Shown here: positions 1 to 10,400 of the stretch, one piece after another
How positions within the stretch are numbered: position 1 is the first letter of the stretch
How the letters are laid out: the number at the start of each line of letters is the position of its first letter
Origin: a phage
Strand: one strand, 5' to 3'
Length of the DNA stretch: 64,000 nt
Assembly (NCBI GenBank): GCA_033286805.1
Contig: GCA_033286805.1_4727.1
The notes under the pieces: model-generated
What the model saw: only the letters and a program-made list of their open reading frames with translations
The model's database searches: none
What the model was told of the DNA's origin: nothing
Translations under genes and position numbers: made by a program

Positions 1-1
1 T

Positions 2-1006
2 ATTAAGCTGCAGTTCAATCCACCGTCAAATGAACGTGTCGCAATTATGCATGAACGTATTGCACGCGATAAAATCCTGGGTGGACGTGATAGTACCGGT
101 TTCCTGTTTTCGGCAACCTCGATTATCACCATGAAGCACGCAATCGAATTAGCATTAGAATGCTGCTACATGGCCAACGTACCGAACCTGGATATCCAGC
201 GTTTGAAAGACATTATTCCGGTTACCGATGTTCCAGCACTGTTGTTGAACGTGCTGGTAACCATGTATCCGTACGGATATCCTTACGTACAGACCTGCTA
301 TCAGAATCCAGAAACCTGCGACTATCGTGTTGAAGATACCGTAAGCTTTGCGAAGCTCTATCAAGTTGACAACAGTGCGATTACCAAACGTATGCGACAG
401 ATCATGACCGAAGGTCCGGTCATGACCGATGAACTTTTGCGTGAGTATGCAAACGAACTGGGTGAAACAAACTCCCGTACGCTGGATCTGTCCGACAACG
501 GTTCTGTTATCATTGAACTTGAAGTACCGAAGATCTCACGACAAATCGCCATGGGCGAGCGCTGGTTAAGCGATACCCTGGAAGATCTGCGTGATATTCT
601 ATCGCGTCCGTCAATGACCGAAGAAGAGCGCGATCGTGTTATTCGTGAACGTCAGTTCTATAGCTGGATGCGTCAGTATGATGCATGGATCAAATCGATG
701 CATGTGTCAGTAAACGGCACCATGCGTCGTGTAAGCGATGCGGATACAGCAACGGTATTAGCGCAGCTGTCTCGTGATAGTGATCTTCGTGAACGCTATA
801 TCGATGGGTTGATGCAATTCATCGGTGATTCGACGATTGCGCTCGCAGCAATGCCTGCCTGGAAATGTCCGAAATGTAATGCCGATATTGCTGACAATCT
901 GCGTGACCAGAAATACTACGATCTGATTGCTTTGGATGTACCCCAGCTTTTTTTTACCCTAAACTCCGTCCAATCTCTTCAGGAGGGGATGGACGCGGTA
1001 TTCTAA
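2..1006 (+). CDS. hypothetical protein, 5' end truncated by window edge
   Basis: ORF 47..1006 has no in-frame stop upstream back to position 2, so the gene starts outside the window. No motif recognised. Confidence 0.5.
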   Translation: MKLQFNPPSNERVAIMHERIARDKILGGRDSTGFLFSATSIITMKHAIELALECCYMANVPNLDIQRLKDIIPVTDVPALLLNVLVTMYPYGYPYVQTCYQNPETCDYRVEDTVSFAKLYQVDNSAITKRMRQIMTEGPVMTDELLREYANELGETNSRTLDLSDNGSVIIELEVPKISRQIAMGERWLSDTLEDLRDILSRPSMTEEERDRVIRERQFYSWMRQYDAWIKSMHVSVNGTMRRVSDADTATVLAQLSRDSDLRERYIDGLMQFIGDSTIALAAMPAWKCPKCNADIADNLRDQKYYDLIALDVPQLFFTLNSVQSLQEGMDAVF

Positions 1007-1068
1007 TCGATCCGCGATACGGGTTACATGACGGACAACTTGTTCGTAATGATGGAAAAATCTGGGAA

Positions 1069-1428
1069 TTGCTGTTAGCGCGTAAAGGCGATGGTGGCAT
1101 GAAATTGAACATCGAAATGGGTATTGCGTACGATACCATGTTTGGTTTGTACGATCGGGTTAACGACTGGACGCCGTTGAAATGGGTGGCTCAGCACCCC
1201 GCTGAAGATCCCTGGGACAGATTAGGGATTAAACCCTTAATCGAGGATTATGTCCGATTCGGTATTAAAGAGTTCATGACGCTGGATGCGTTTTTAAAAG
1301 CACCGTATCCTTACGCGCAAACGGTACTCAAAATCGCACAAGACGAACTGCGGAAACGTAGTGCGGTACTGGACGACGATGAGGACAAGTTACGACGAGA
1401 AGAAGAACGTTTACGAAACGGAAAATAA
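1069..1428 (+). CDS. hypothetical protein
   Basis: 119-aa ORF; start may be the internal ATG near 1099. No motif recognised. Confidence 0.4.
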   Translation: MLLARKGDGGMKLNIEMGIAYDTMFGLYDRVNDWTPLKWVAQHPAEDPWDRLGIKPLIEDYVRFGIKEFMTLDAFLKAPYPYAQTVLKIAQDELRKRSAVLDDDEDKLRREEERLRNGK

Positions 1429-1429
1429 A

Positions 1430-1939
1430 ATGGCAAGATTTACCAGTTTGATTGGATTGGACATTTGGGAAACACCGGCTGACGTTCGGGTTATTCCTGT
1501 CAACACCGTCGGTGTGATGGGACGTGGTCTTGCCAAGCAGGCAGCCGATCGTGTGCCCGGTCTTCTTGAAGCGTACCGTAAGCAATGTCAAGATGGGTTT
1601 AAGGTGGGCGAAGTCGTGTCATATCAGCATGGCGAGAACGATCAGCTCACTTACGTGTTGTTTCCATCAAAATCGGATTGGCGTGAAAGAACACGACGCG
1701 AGTATATCGTTAACGGTTTACTGGCGTTAAAAGCATGGTTATTGGAGCTTCAGTTCGAAAGAGATGGCTTCTCATACCACCGTCCGGCTGAACCGTTGAT
1801 TGTCGCAATTCCTCCGGTTGGTTCTGGTTGCGGTAATATCGGTTACGGACAATCCGAAACAATCCAGCCTCAGTGGGTACGCGCACAAATCAAACAGTAT
1901 CTTGCCACCGTGCCGAACGTTCATTTCTACTTGTTCTAA
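1430..1939 (+). CDS. macro-domain-like protein (putative ADP-ribose binding/processing)
   Basis: ATG at 1430 follows the upstream stop at 1426-1428. N-terminal VNTVGVMGRGLAKQ glycine-rich loop resembles macro/TARG1-type ADP-ribose-binding motif. By-eye call only. Confidence 0.45.
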   Translation: MARFTSLIGLDIWETPADVRVIPVNTVGVMGRGLAKQAADRVPGLLEAYRKQCQDGFKVGEVVSYQHGENDQLTYVLFPSKSDWRERTRREYIVNGLLALKAWLLELQFERDGFSYHRPAEPLIVAIPPVGSGCGNIGYGQSETIQPQWVRAQIKQYLATVPNVHFYLF

Positions 1940-1955
1940 CGCAACGGTAACATAA

Positions 1956-1987
1956 CCCTCTCCCAACCCAGCAGGGAAGGGAGAGGG
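1956..1987. terminator. GC-rich nested stem-loop between convergent genes
   Basis: CCCTCTCCC / GGGAGAGGG arms around loop AACCCAGCAGGGAA; lies between plus gene end 1939 and minus gene end 2005; TTATG follows on minus strand. Confidence 0.45.
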
Positions 1988-2004
1988 CTTATGCTGTTAT
2001 GCTA

Positions 2005-2379
2005 TTAATGTTCGTTCCAGATGGCATCTTCCGGTGGAACAATAGGATCTTTCTTCGGCATTGATGGCACTTCATGACGATGTTTACGGAACTGCCTATC
2101 AATAACCTCACGAAGCCGGTACGCGTCAACCCATGTTGATTTATTGAACAGCTCCAATGTCACAGTTAATCGTGTTCTTGACATTGAATAGCTTTTCTTT
2201 GCAATCAAATTGGGATAATTCAGTTGAGCGAACCACGCACGTATTTGTGCTTCGGTAAAAGCGATGCTGTAATAACTAAGTTTACCGTCATTAAAATCGT
2301 GCGCGTGGGTGTAGCGTCCAGCGTAACGCCAGACAAGATGCACATTCAGATCGATCCATGGTGGGGTGGTATCAGCCAT
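2005..2379 (-). CDS. hypothetical protein
   Basis: 124-aa ORF, first gene of the long minus-strand run. Confidence 0.45.
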   Translation of the reverse strand: MADTTPPWIDLNVHLVWRYAGRYTHAHDFNDGKLSYYSIAFTEAQIRAWFAQLNYPNLIAKKSYSMSRTRLTVTLELFNKSTWVDAYRLREVIDRQFRKHRHEVPSMPKKDPIVPPEDAIWNEH

Positions 2380-2388
2380 GTGTTACCC

Positions 2389-2958
2389 TCAACGATTCTT
2401 CATCACTTTACCCAGGCTTTCGATATTATCCCAAAAGCGATTTTTACTTGGCGCATCGCCAACGATAACCGACATCAAATCGCGACGTTCGCGACTGATG
2501 ATGCCCTGTGATTTCCAGATCACCATCGTCCAGCAAGCTGCCAGAACGAACAGATGGTTAATGCTCGGTTTGGTTTGCGCGATGAACGCAAGCCATGCCC
2601 AGATACCGGTGTATACTATCGTCACTAAAAAGAGCGAGATTGTTGCAACGACAACAACGAAGTTTTGGACAGCGGGTTGATTAGCGTTATCATGAATAGC
2701 GGTAAGATCAGGAAGGTTACCTTCAACTGAACTCGTTTCATCGATTTCCAATTCTTCGATTTCTTTTCGTGTGTCGGGAGCTAATCCGGCATCATCAAGA
2801 TGCTTTTTTAACCGCTGTATACTTAATCGTTGACCGACAGGAATGTTGATGTTGTCGTAACTATTAAGCGCATCAACCAGGGAGCGTCCATCAACGAGAA
2901 CCAAGCTCGCGGTACCCATCGTTTGCGGTTTTATTTTGTAAAGGTCTTTTACTTTCAT
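2389..2958 (-). CDS. hypothetical membrane protein
   Basis: 189-aa ORF with hydrophobic C-terminal segments (VVVVATISLFLVTIVYTGIWAWLAFIA, LFVLAACWTMVIW). Confidence 0.45.
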   Translation of the reverse strand: MKVKDLYKIKPQTMGTASLVLVDGRSLVDALNSYDNINIPVGQRLSIQRLKKHLDDAGLAPDTRKEIEELEIDETSSVEGNLPDLTAIHDNANQPAVQNFVVVVATISLFLVTIVYTGIWAWLAFIAQTKPSINHLFVLAACWTMVIWKSQGIISRERRDLMSVIVGDAPSKNRFWDNIESLGKVMKNR

Positions 2959-2979
2959 GTAGACACCACCTCCAACGTG

Positions 2980-5592
2980 TTAAGCGTCCGGCGTAAAATC
3001 AAAAGGAATGTCCGTACGAATGATATCGTAACGTTTTCCTAGGAAATAAAACTCTTCGGGAACCTGACCAGGAATAATGCTATCGCCGATGAACTGCGGA
3101 TACGCCCAGATGTACTGAGTGAGTCCTTCGAACATATCCAGGTTATTTGCATGGTTACCCATGATACGTTTCCAGAGTTCGCGTTTATACGGTGTTTTAA
3201 CATCGAATCCATAAAGCGGTGCAAGATCTTCACCAGGAACAAATCCCAGGTAATAATGGATCTGACTAACCGGGAAACCAAGCGTATCTCGCGGAATGGT
3301 GATCGCTTGCTCTGCCTTGGTGACATGCGTCTCAATAATCCAGTCGTAGCACTCCGAATAGAACCGGTCGAATTTCTCTGGGTTATACCACGCTTTGGGA
3401 AGATTGAGTTTCTCCGTGAACGCGTTCGACATGATCGTCGGCAAGAACGGAAGAACACCGGTTTTGATCTGCGTGTATTTCGATTTTACCCGATTAACCA
3501 AATTCCAGCAACTGTATCCTAACTGTTCGTTACAAAACTCAACGTAGAGATCGTAGTCACCACCGGATAATGGGTTGTTAATATCACCGATGTCTGCGGC
3601 ATATTTGTTGGGATATCGGTTATTGAAAGCCAGTTTGGTTTGGTAATCGTAGATACACGGTTTGTTGTTCGCTGTATTGATCCACCACCAGGGTTCACCT
3701 ACTTGCACACAAATGTCCTGGACATGGGGGTAGATGATATCAGCAAACGCGGTTAACACATCCCCTAACCACGCCATCGCCTGTTGGTTACATGGAGACA
3801 GCAACCAGGACGGTGGTGTGTATCCGGTTGCTGCGATGTTTCCTTCCCAATCCTGCTGCGCCCACTCGAACGGGCAGGCTGTACTCATCAATTCGTAACT
3901 TAAACTGATGGTGACAGAGAAATGGTGTTTTGCGGCGTATGCAGCGAAAGCTTCATGCCATGCGATACAGGGTGGATTTAATACATCCGTGGTGTTCACC
4001 AGTAACTTACCTGCACTTGGCGTCCAGACAGTATCGTAGAAATGCGACATTCCAACATAGTGCACTAATTCATCCTGATATCCAGCATAAACCAGGTTTT
4101 CAAATACACGCTCTGGCGTGATGTTGTAATGGTCATCATAAGCGGTTATCGCACGAAGTTCGTGTGGCGTACAATGATGGCGATTAACCGTCATTTCCTG
4201 ATACACCCCATCGATAGGAAGAATCTCGAGGGTTAAACCAAGATCGATCGGTGTTTCCAGATAGGTCGTTTCTGTAGCACCTTCTTTATAATGTCGAGAA
4301 CTCATGCTGAACATCAACGACGTTACCGATTCGAGTTCGATAGGCTCGTCAGCATAGAACCCCGCCATTGCGTCATTGAAATCGATCGTTACGATTGCGC
4401 TTCTACCGTCTTCAGAGACATCGGTGGCGTATCGGGTTAATGAGATATACTGACGGCTATCGTCTTTGTGTACGACGGTTAAAACCGGCGGGTTTTCGGT
4501 ATCTGCAAAGTTACGCTGATCGCCAGTAAACGTGATCTTCGCTTTAAAGATCAAACCGAATAACGACGTCATGGGATCATACGCAATACAACCGTGATCC
4601 AGCGTATCCGTTGTCCGCCATTCTATCCCGACCAACCCGTTAGCGGTATGGCATCGCATATACGCATTAAGGACCATGTCTTCACTGACAACCGCGAAGT
4701 TCTCTGTTGACTGACCGTTGATAATCCAATACATCGGTTGCCAGAGGTTACGCGTACCTTTTGCGTAGCGGTAGGTTGGCGCGCCTTTAGGGTTGCCGTT
4801 ATTAAGATGGAATACAGCAGTACCTTGATAATGGTCGTTCGTATTAATCGGAACACTGTAAGCATCACCGAGATCCGTACGTTCCACCTTCTTGACTGTT
4901 GCGTTTTCAAATAACCCACGCAGCGCGGGTAAACCGATATCATCAGGCGCGTTTTCTCGACGAATCGCATCCGCGATGCGGTGGGCTAGGGCGGGGTAAA
5001 TGGTCTCACCCTGTTGTAGGTTTGCAAGACCTACAAAGCGATCGGGAGCGATGCCAGCAATCAATAACTCAACATCACCCTTCGTTCTATCGTCATTAAG
5101 ATATTTCAGTCCGGTAAGGTCAAGATGCTGAATAAGCGACAACAGGTTGTATTTACGGTTTTCAACAGTTAGTACAAGATCGCCTGCCCAAACCAAACTT
5201 CCCTCATCCGCTGTTACTTTAACGGATTGTCGGCCTGTGGTAGACGTTGTTGTCGTTTTATTTAATTGTCCTTGTAGGAAGTCGGTTGCGAGGTCAAAGG
5301 CAATACCGTAACGGTCAGCGACCGCTTGCATGATTTCACGTAACTGGGTATCTTCTTCAATGATAATCTTGACAGGTATTCCCAAGAACGCTTTAGCGAG
5401 GTCTCGTTTAACCAACGAGACGAATACGGATTTGTAGTATCGGCTTCCATCTTTCCCTTTAAAAAGAATGGAGGTTGTTTCGGGTGCCGATAGAACACGT
5501 GCAAATACAACATCGTCGGAAGTAAGAGAAAGTCCGTTTTTCTCGTTGACCAATCTTAGTATTTCATTTTGCGCGGTTTCATGTAACTTCAT
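2980..5592 (-). CDS. putative tail fiber/tailspike-like protein (shared N-terminal module, paralog A)
   Basis: 870 aa; N-terminal ~150 aa (KRDLAKAFLGIPVKI ... ADRYGIAFD) shared with ORFs at 11326, 15669 and 52039; large divergent C-terminus; sits beside the tail fiber genes. Confidence 0.55.
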   Translation of the reverse strand: MKLHETAQNEILRLVNEKNGLSLTSDDVVFARVLSAPETTSILFKGKDGSRYYKSVFVSLVKRDLAKAFLGIPVKIIIEEDTQLREIMQAVADRYGIAFDLATDFLQGQLNKTTTTSTTGRQSVKVTADEGSLVWAGDLVLTVENRKYNLLSLIQHLDLTGLKYLNDDRTKGDVELLIAGIAPDRFVGLANLQQGETIYPALAHRIADAIRRENAPDDIGLPALRGLFENATVKKVERTDLGDAYSVPINTNDHYQGTAVFHLNNGNPKGAPTYRYAKGTRNLWQPMYWIINGQSTENFAVVSEDMVLNAYMRCHTANGLVGIEWRTTDTLDHGCIAYDPMTSLFGLIFKAKITFTGDQRNFADTENPPVLTVVHKDDSRQYISLTRYATDVSEDGRSAIVTIDFNDAMAGFYADEPIELESVTSLMFSMSSRHYKEGATETTYLETPIDLGLTLEILPIDGVYQEMTVNRHHCTPHELRAITAYDDHYNITPERVFENLVYAGYQDELVHYVGMSHFYDTVWTPSAGKLLVNTTDVLNPPCIAWHEAFAAYAAKHHFSVTISLSYELMSTACPFEWAQQDWEGNIAATGYTPPSWLLSPCNQQAMAWLGDVLTAFADIIYPHVQDICVQVGEPWWWINTANNKPCIYDYQTKLAFNNRYPNKYAADIGDINNPLSGGDYDLYVEFCNEQLGYSCWNLVNRVKSKYTQIKTGVLPFLPTIMSNAFTEKLNLPKAWYNPEKFDRFYSECYDWIIETHVTKAEQAITIPRDTLGFPVSQIHYYLGFVPGEDLAPLYGFDVKTPYKRELWKRIMGNHANNLDMFEGLTQYIWAYPQFIGDSIIPGQVPEEFYFLGKRYDIIRTDIPFDFTPDA

Positions 5593-5614
5593 TAAAAACC
5601 TCAGCCCTTTAGAA

Positions 5615-6256
5615 TTAAATGTACTGCTTACCGCCCACGAAGGAAGTTAACCAGTTCCCGCTGACGAGTTGTGATACCCAGCCTGGAACGGCTCTACCAT
5701 TCTGGCTCATGATGTTACCACACCAACCAGGGAATCCGGGACGGATGTAATAGAAAGTTAAATTGTAGAGATGGCAATTCCATACCGCAACGTTATGTTT
5801 ACCAGAAACCGCTTTAAAGACAAACGCGACAGGTAACGGAGACGATAACAATTCGGTCACAGGGACGGCTGACCAGTTCGCATTCGCGTTCCATGGCTGC
5901 CAGGTATGGCTACGCGAGTCACCGTTAACGTTACCGTTGCTACCGCGTCCGCCCGCGTTCCACCATAGCGACGGACTCATGTTCTTAAGTGAGGTAAATT
6001 GCTGTGGTGGAATATTCGGAATGATAACAGGGTTGGTACCTTGTCCGTGTTTCTTTTCTTTTGCGTTCACATACCCGCTTATCGATTCCAGGTATTTGGT
6101 ACCAGGATAATTGTTCTGGACTTGTGTCGCAATATCACGAACGTCGAACGTCCAGCAGATCATGGTGTTGTAGTAAGCGTCGGTGTTATCGTGCCATGAG
6201 TTACCATCTTGTAAACGTGCGCCGCTATTCGGTGTTTTATCTGTGCTTATAGCCAT
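5615..6256 (-). CDS. hypothetical protein
   Basis: 213-aa ORF, Trp/Asn/Gly-rich; no motif recognised. Confidence 0.5.
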   Translation of the reverse strand: MAISTDKTPNSGARLQDGNSWHDNTDAYYNTMICWTFDVRDIATQVQNNYPGTKYLESISGYVNAKEKKHGQGTNPVIIPNIPPQQFTSLKNMSPSLWWNAGGRGSNGNVNGDSRSHTWQPWNANANWSAVPVTELLSSPLPVAFVFKAVSGKHNVAVWNCHLYNLTFYYIRPGFPGWCGNIMSQNGRAVPGWVSQLVSGNWLTSFVGGKQYI

Positions 6257-6438
6257 GGTGTTGTCCTATACGTTGGTGGTTGAGGTGGCGGATATCGGAT
6301 GCGTGTTGTCGTCAGGTAATACATACAGAAACGCCCACTGATAAAACAGTAGCTTCTTTTAAATGGAATTTAGATATCGCGTATTTCTACCTCGTTTCTA
6401 TTCTCAAAAAGGAAATTTCATACGATGACGCCATAGCA

Positions 6439-6468
6439 GCTCCTCCTTCCCTGACGGGTTGGAGGAGC
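6439..6468. terminator. GC-rich stem-loop
   Basis: GCTCCTCC / GGAGGAGC arms; loop TTCCCTGACGGGTT is the reverse complement of the loop of the hairpin at 41502; immediately after the stop of gene 6477..6983. Confidence 0.35.
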
Positions 6469-6476
6469 ATACTTAA

Positions 6477-6983
6477 TTACTTACTGATAACCTCAACGGA
6501 GTTGGGATCAGCGATCAATGCACGGTCGGTAGAACAATTGAAGAAGACCGTACCAACACCATCACCGTTCGAGTTCAGGGTTGAACTTGCGTAAGACAGG
6601 GTTGGTTTATTCATGCGGTAGAAGCGTTCGCTGGTTGCGGTATTGAACCCCAGGTCAACGTAGTCTTTCACCGTGGTATACAACTGGGTGGACTCGAAAA
6701 CGGTTACCGGAGAGTCGACGGTAAATTGACTGCCTTCGTCCACAACCAGAACTTTATCGTTCCAGATTTCAGTGGTTGAGAACTTCGGTTTCCAATGTTC
6801 GAATTCCTGGGTTGCACCCCAGCAAGAATACACAGCGAGATTGCTGTTCTTCTCGACAGGTTTCAACCCCACCAGTTGTGTCAGGTCTTTATCCAGGTTC
6901 GGTAAACCTTCCAGCGTAGCACACCCACCCAGAGAAAGCACCATTAGCATACCAAGAACGATCGCGCAAAGTTTCTTTGTCAT
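6477..6983 (-). CDS. putative lipoprotein
   Basis: N-terminus MTKKLCAIVLGMLMVLSLGGC has a signal peptide and lipobox-like LGGC; 168 aa. Confidence 0.5.
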   Translation of the reverse strand: MTKKLCAIVLGMLMVLSLGGCATLEGLPNLDKDLTQLVGLKPVEKNSNLAVYSCWGATQEFEHWKPKFSTTEIWNDKVLVVDEGSQFTVDSPVTVFESTQLYTTVKDYVDLGFNTATSERFYRMNKPTLSYASSTLNSNGDGVGTVFFNCSTDRALIADPNSVEVISK

Positions 6984-7024
6984 CGGATTTCCTCATGTGT
7001 TAACGGGAGTGATTTCCATAGTAA

Positions 7025-7441
7025 TTACACAGTTGTAGGAAATTCCGGCCAATCGATATTTGGTGCAGCATCGGTATCGACAGCAGTCACCGCATCAGTG
7101 TAATCCAAAACAGCATTAAGTCGGGTCGTTTCTTCCTGAGTCAGTTTTCGCCCAGCCCGTAATTTTAACTGAATAAGATCGATGGAAGCCAGCGCAGAAT
7201 CAATCAAAGATTGTTTTATCTGTTCTGCCTCGGCGACGAGATCTTCGTGTTGCCGCTCGGGTTCCGGAGGTGCGGTAAACTCACCATTTGAGTATGACCA
7301 ACCTATTCCAGGTGACACAGCCTCCTTATCGTCGATATGAACCAACTGCTGATTGTCGAATATATCGAGCTCTGCTTCACCGTCGTAAACAATCGTGTTT
7401 ACTACCACCCCATTTTCAATAACAGCGTATGATGTACTCAT
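7025..7441 (-). CDS. tail fiber assembly chaperone (Tfa-like)
   Basis: Start taken at internal MSTSYAVIENG (ATG ~7441), abutting the fiber gene stop. C-terminal region (LIQLKLRAGRKLTQEETTRLNAVLDYTDAVTAVD ... IDWPEFP) resembles lambda/P2-type Tfa proteins. Confidence 0.6.
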   Translation of the reverse strand: MSTSYAVIENGVVVNTIVYDGEAELDIFDNQQLVHIDDKEAVSPGIGWSYSNGEFTAPPEPERQHEDLVAEAEQIKQSLIDSALASIDLIQLKLRAGRKLTQEETTRLNAVLDYTDAVTAVDTDAAPNIDWPEFPTTV

Positions 7442-10400
7442 TACATAAACTCCTCGATGATGCAAATCCCATTAGCACCACGCCCACCAGGCTTAGCGGT
7501 TCCTGAGTAAGAGTTATCGTAAGCACCGCCACCACCCGAACCAGGCGCGAGGCCGTTATGGGCGGTGCCAACACCAGCGCGACCGCCACCGCCCCAATAT
7601 GACGCACCCCCACATCCACCGACGGCAAGAGTACCGGCTTGTCCATCGTTACCGTCTCCGCCCGGAATGCGTATATCCCCGGTAGTAGGTACGCCCCCAT
7701 AGCCACCGCCAGTGTTTGTGACAGTTGTTTTTCCTGCGCCTTGCCCGCCGGGAGCAGTTAGCAGGGATGCAAATTTACTATCCCCACCCCCGTTCCCAGA
7801 CGTCGCCCCAGAGCCACCGGAACCACCAGAACCAATTACAACAGAATAACTAGCAGCTGTTACCGTTATAACCGAAATTACTGTTCCGCCAGCGCCTCCC
7901 CCAGCGCCAAAAAACGTTTCGCTGTTGGAATAAGCCTGACAGCCACCGCCGCCACCGCCGCCACCGGTTATTGTTACTCTAATCCGTTTTGTTCCTTGTG
8001 TTGGGGTGTACGTCCCTGACGATGTGAAAACACGCATGTTCAGTAAACGTCCGACATATCCGCTAGAATCGGCTAAACCAAGATCTTTAGCTGCTAACGT
8101 GATATTAGCTGTACCGTCAAACGGTTTACCGTTAATCGTGCGCGCGGTCTGCAACTTCGTCGCCGTTGCTGCGTTTCCTGATGTGTTCTGGTTCCCCGCA
8201 GCGTTAACACCCGGCAGATTGATGTTCGCACTACCGTCGAAAGATACCCCACCAATGGTGCGGGCTGTTTTCAGTTTTGTCGCCGTGGCAGCATTACCGG
8301 TTGTGTCTTGGTTACCGGTGGTGTTTACCCCAGGCAGGTTGATATTTGCCGTTCCGTTAAATGAAACACCGCCAATCGTCCTTGCTGTTTGAAGCCTCGT
8401 CGCGGTAGCGGCGTTACCCGTCGTGTTCTGGTTTCCGGTTGTGTTCACACCAGGGATACTATCTTTCGAGGTGTAGATCTGTGCCCATTCTGACCAGTTC
8501 GAATCGGCCGCATCACGACGTGAACGTAGGTAAGCTGGAGCGTATGCACCTGAGGTACCTGACCACCCAATGAGGATTTCACCTTCACCGACCGATGAAG
8601 CCCCTTTAAGATGAATGACGTTACCATAAGCGGTGGGATACCCGTTATTGTACGCTTCATACATCTGGATGCCCGCATTGCTGCCCTGAGCCGTGTTAGC
8701 TAATGCCGTAACACGACCTTTGGAGGCGAGAGCGGTAATACTGAAGCTAATATCCTTAGTACCGTCAAAGGCGACCCCATTAATCTTCCGTGCTGTTTGG
8801 AGTTTCGTGGCGGTAGCCGCATTACCAGAGGTACTCTGATTACCTGCTTTGTTCACGCCAGGCAAATCAATGTTGGCTGTTCCATCAAAGGACACGCCCC
8901 CTATGGTTCTCGCTGTCTGGAGTTTTGTTGCTGAGCCAGCGTTTCCGGAAGTGCTTTGATTACCTGCCGCGTTGACACCTGGTAGGTTAATGCTAGCAGA
9001 GCCATCAAAAGAAACTCCACCGATCGTGATTGGTGTTTTCAATTTCGTGGCTGTCGCAGCATTACCCGTCGTATTCTGATTGCCAGCCGCATTAACGCCT
9101 GGTAATGCGATATCGGTCGTACCATCGAACGCGACACCACCGATTTTACGGGCAGTCTGTAGCTTGGTCGCTGTAGCCGCGTTGCCGCTGGTATTTTGCG
9201 TGCCCGCTTTATTTACGCCTGGTAAATCAATGTTCGCAGTACCATCAAAAGAAACACCCCCGATGGTTCTCGCGGTCTCAAGTTTGGTTGCGCTTCCTGC
9301 GTTTCCGCTGGTGTCTTGGTTTCCCGCTGCATCAACACCCGGTAGACTGATGCTGGCCGAACCATCGAAACTCACACCACCGATCGTAACAGCGGTTTTC
9401 AATTTCGTAGCGGTTGCAGCGTTCCCCGTGGTATTTTGGTTACCTGTCGCATTCACACCCGGTAATGCAATATCCGCTGTTCCGTCAAAGGCAACGCCAC
9501 CGATTCTACGTGCAGTTTGTAGCTTGGTTGCACTAGCAGCGTTACCGCTGGTATTCTGGGTGCCAGCTTTGTTAACACCAGGGAGATCGATGTTAGCAGA
9601 ACCATCGAAGCTAACGCCACCTATCGTTCTTGCAGTAGCAAGTTTAGCTGCTGTAGCAGCGGCGTTACCGACTTTTAACCATTCGCCCCATGGACCATCC
9701 TGGCCGTTCCATGATGCCGTTAAACTACGTACGTAAATATTGCCGGTACATACAGTGTAACGTTGCGTTCCACCGAATTGCCCGGTTGGGAGCACTTCAA
9801 TGTAACCTGCGGCATTTGCTTCAGGGAAATTGTGGGCGACGTCCGCGTTCGTTGATACTGGTTTAGACCAAATACCCACAGACGCTTCAACCGGACCGTA
9901 CGTATTCAGATTTGCGTCGGTGGGAAGTTGTCCTCGAAAACGCTGGAATTGTGTTGCCGATAACCCCAACGTTGTTTGCATGCTTTCAATGCTGGATTGC
10001 TGAAGTAACGTCCGTGCTGTCGACGTAATCACGGTAAGCGCAACTTTATTAACACCGGTGAAATACGGGAGTTTGTCTGCTGATGTCGCTAAACCTGAAA
10101 AGGCGGTCAGTAATGCGTTAAGGGGCTGCTTCCCAGCTAACGCATTTGTTACCGTCGTTGCGAAATTAGGATCACTTCCTATAGCTCGAGCCAGCTTATT
10201 AAGCGTATTTAGCGTCGCTGGTGACGAGTCGATCAGCGCCGTGATCGCACGCATCACAAATTCCGTGTTGGCTATCTGTCGACTGCTATTGTTAACTGCT
10301 GCGGTGGGCGCTGCTGGCGTACCAGTGAATACAGGGCTATTAAGATCCGCCTTGAGGGCGATGAGACGTTTAAGCGCTTCAACATCAACTTTCAGGTTTT

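Noticed and set aside
3039-3522. ORFs 3039..3458 (-) and 3151..3522 (+) and many similar 60-140 aa ORFs nested in large genes (e.g. 4623..4970, 12718..12933, 13293..13706, 44767..45180, 55614..56241, 57551..58825)
   Set aside because: Entirely contained within, or antisense to, long ORFs with clear protein-like features; low-complexity or Arg/Ser-rich translations typical of off-frame reads.
8095-9663. Possible CRISPR array suggested by the regular ~117-bp periodicity
   Set aside because: Units are contiguous, in frame and translate into a conserved 39-aa motif inside a long ORF; there are no unique spacers and no cas genes.
8006-9736. Plus-strand ORFs 8006..8392 and 9080..9736 with repetitive Pro/Ala/Val-rich translations
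   Set aside because: They are antisense to the tail fiber gene and their periodicity mirrors the fiber's 117-bp coding repeats; artefacts of the repeat, not genes.
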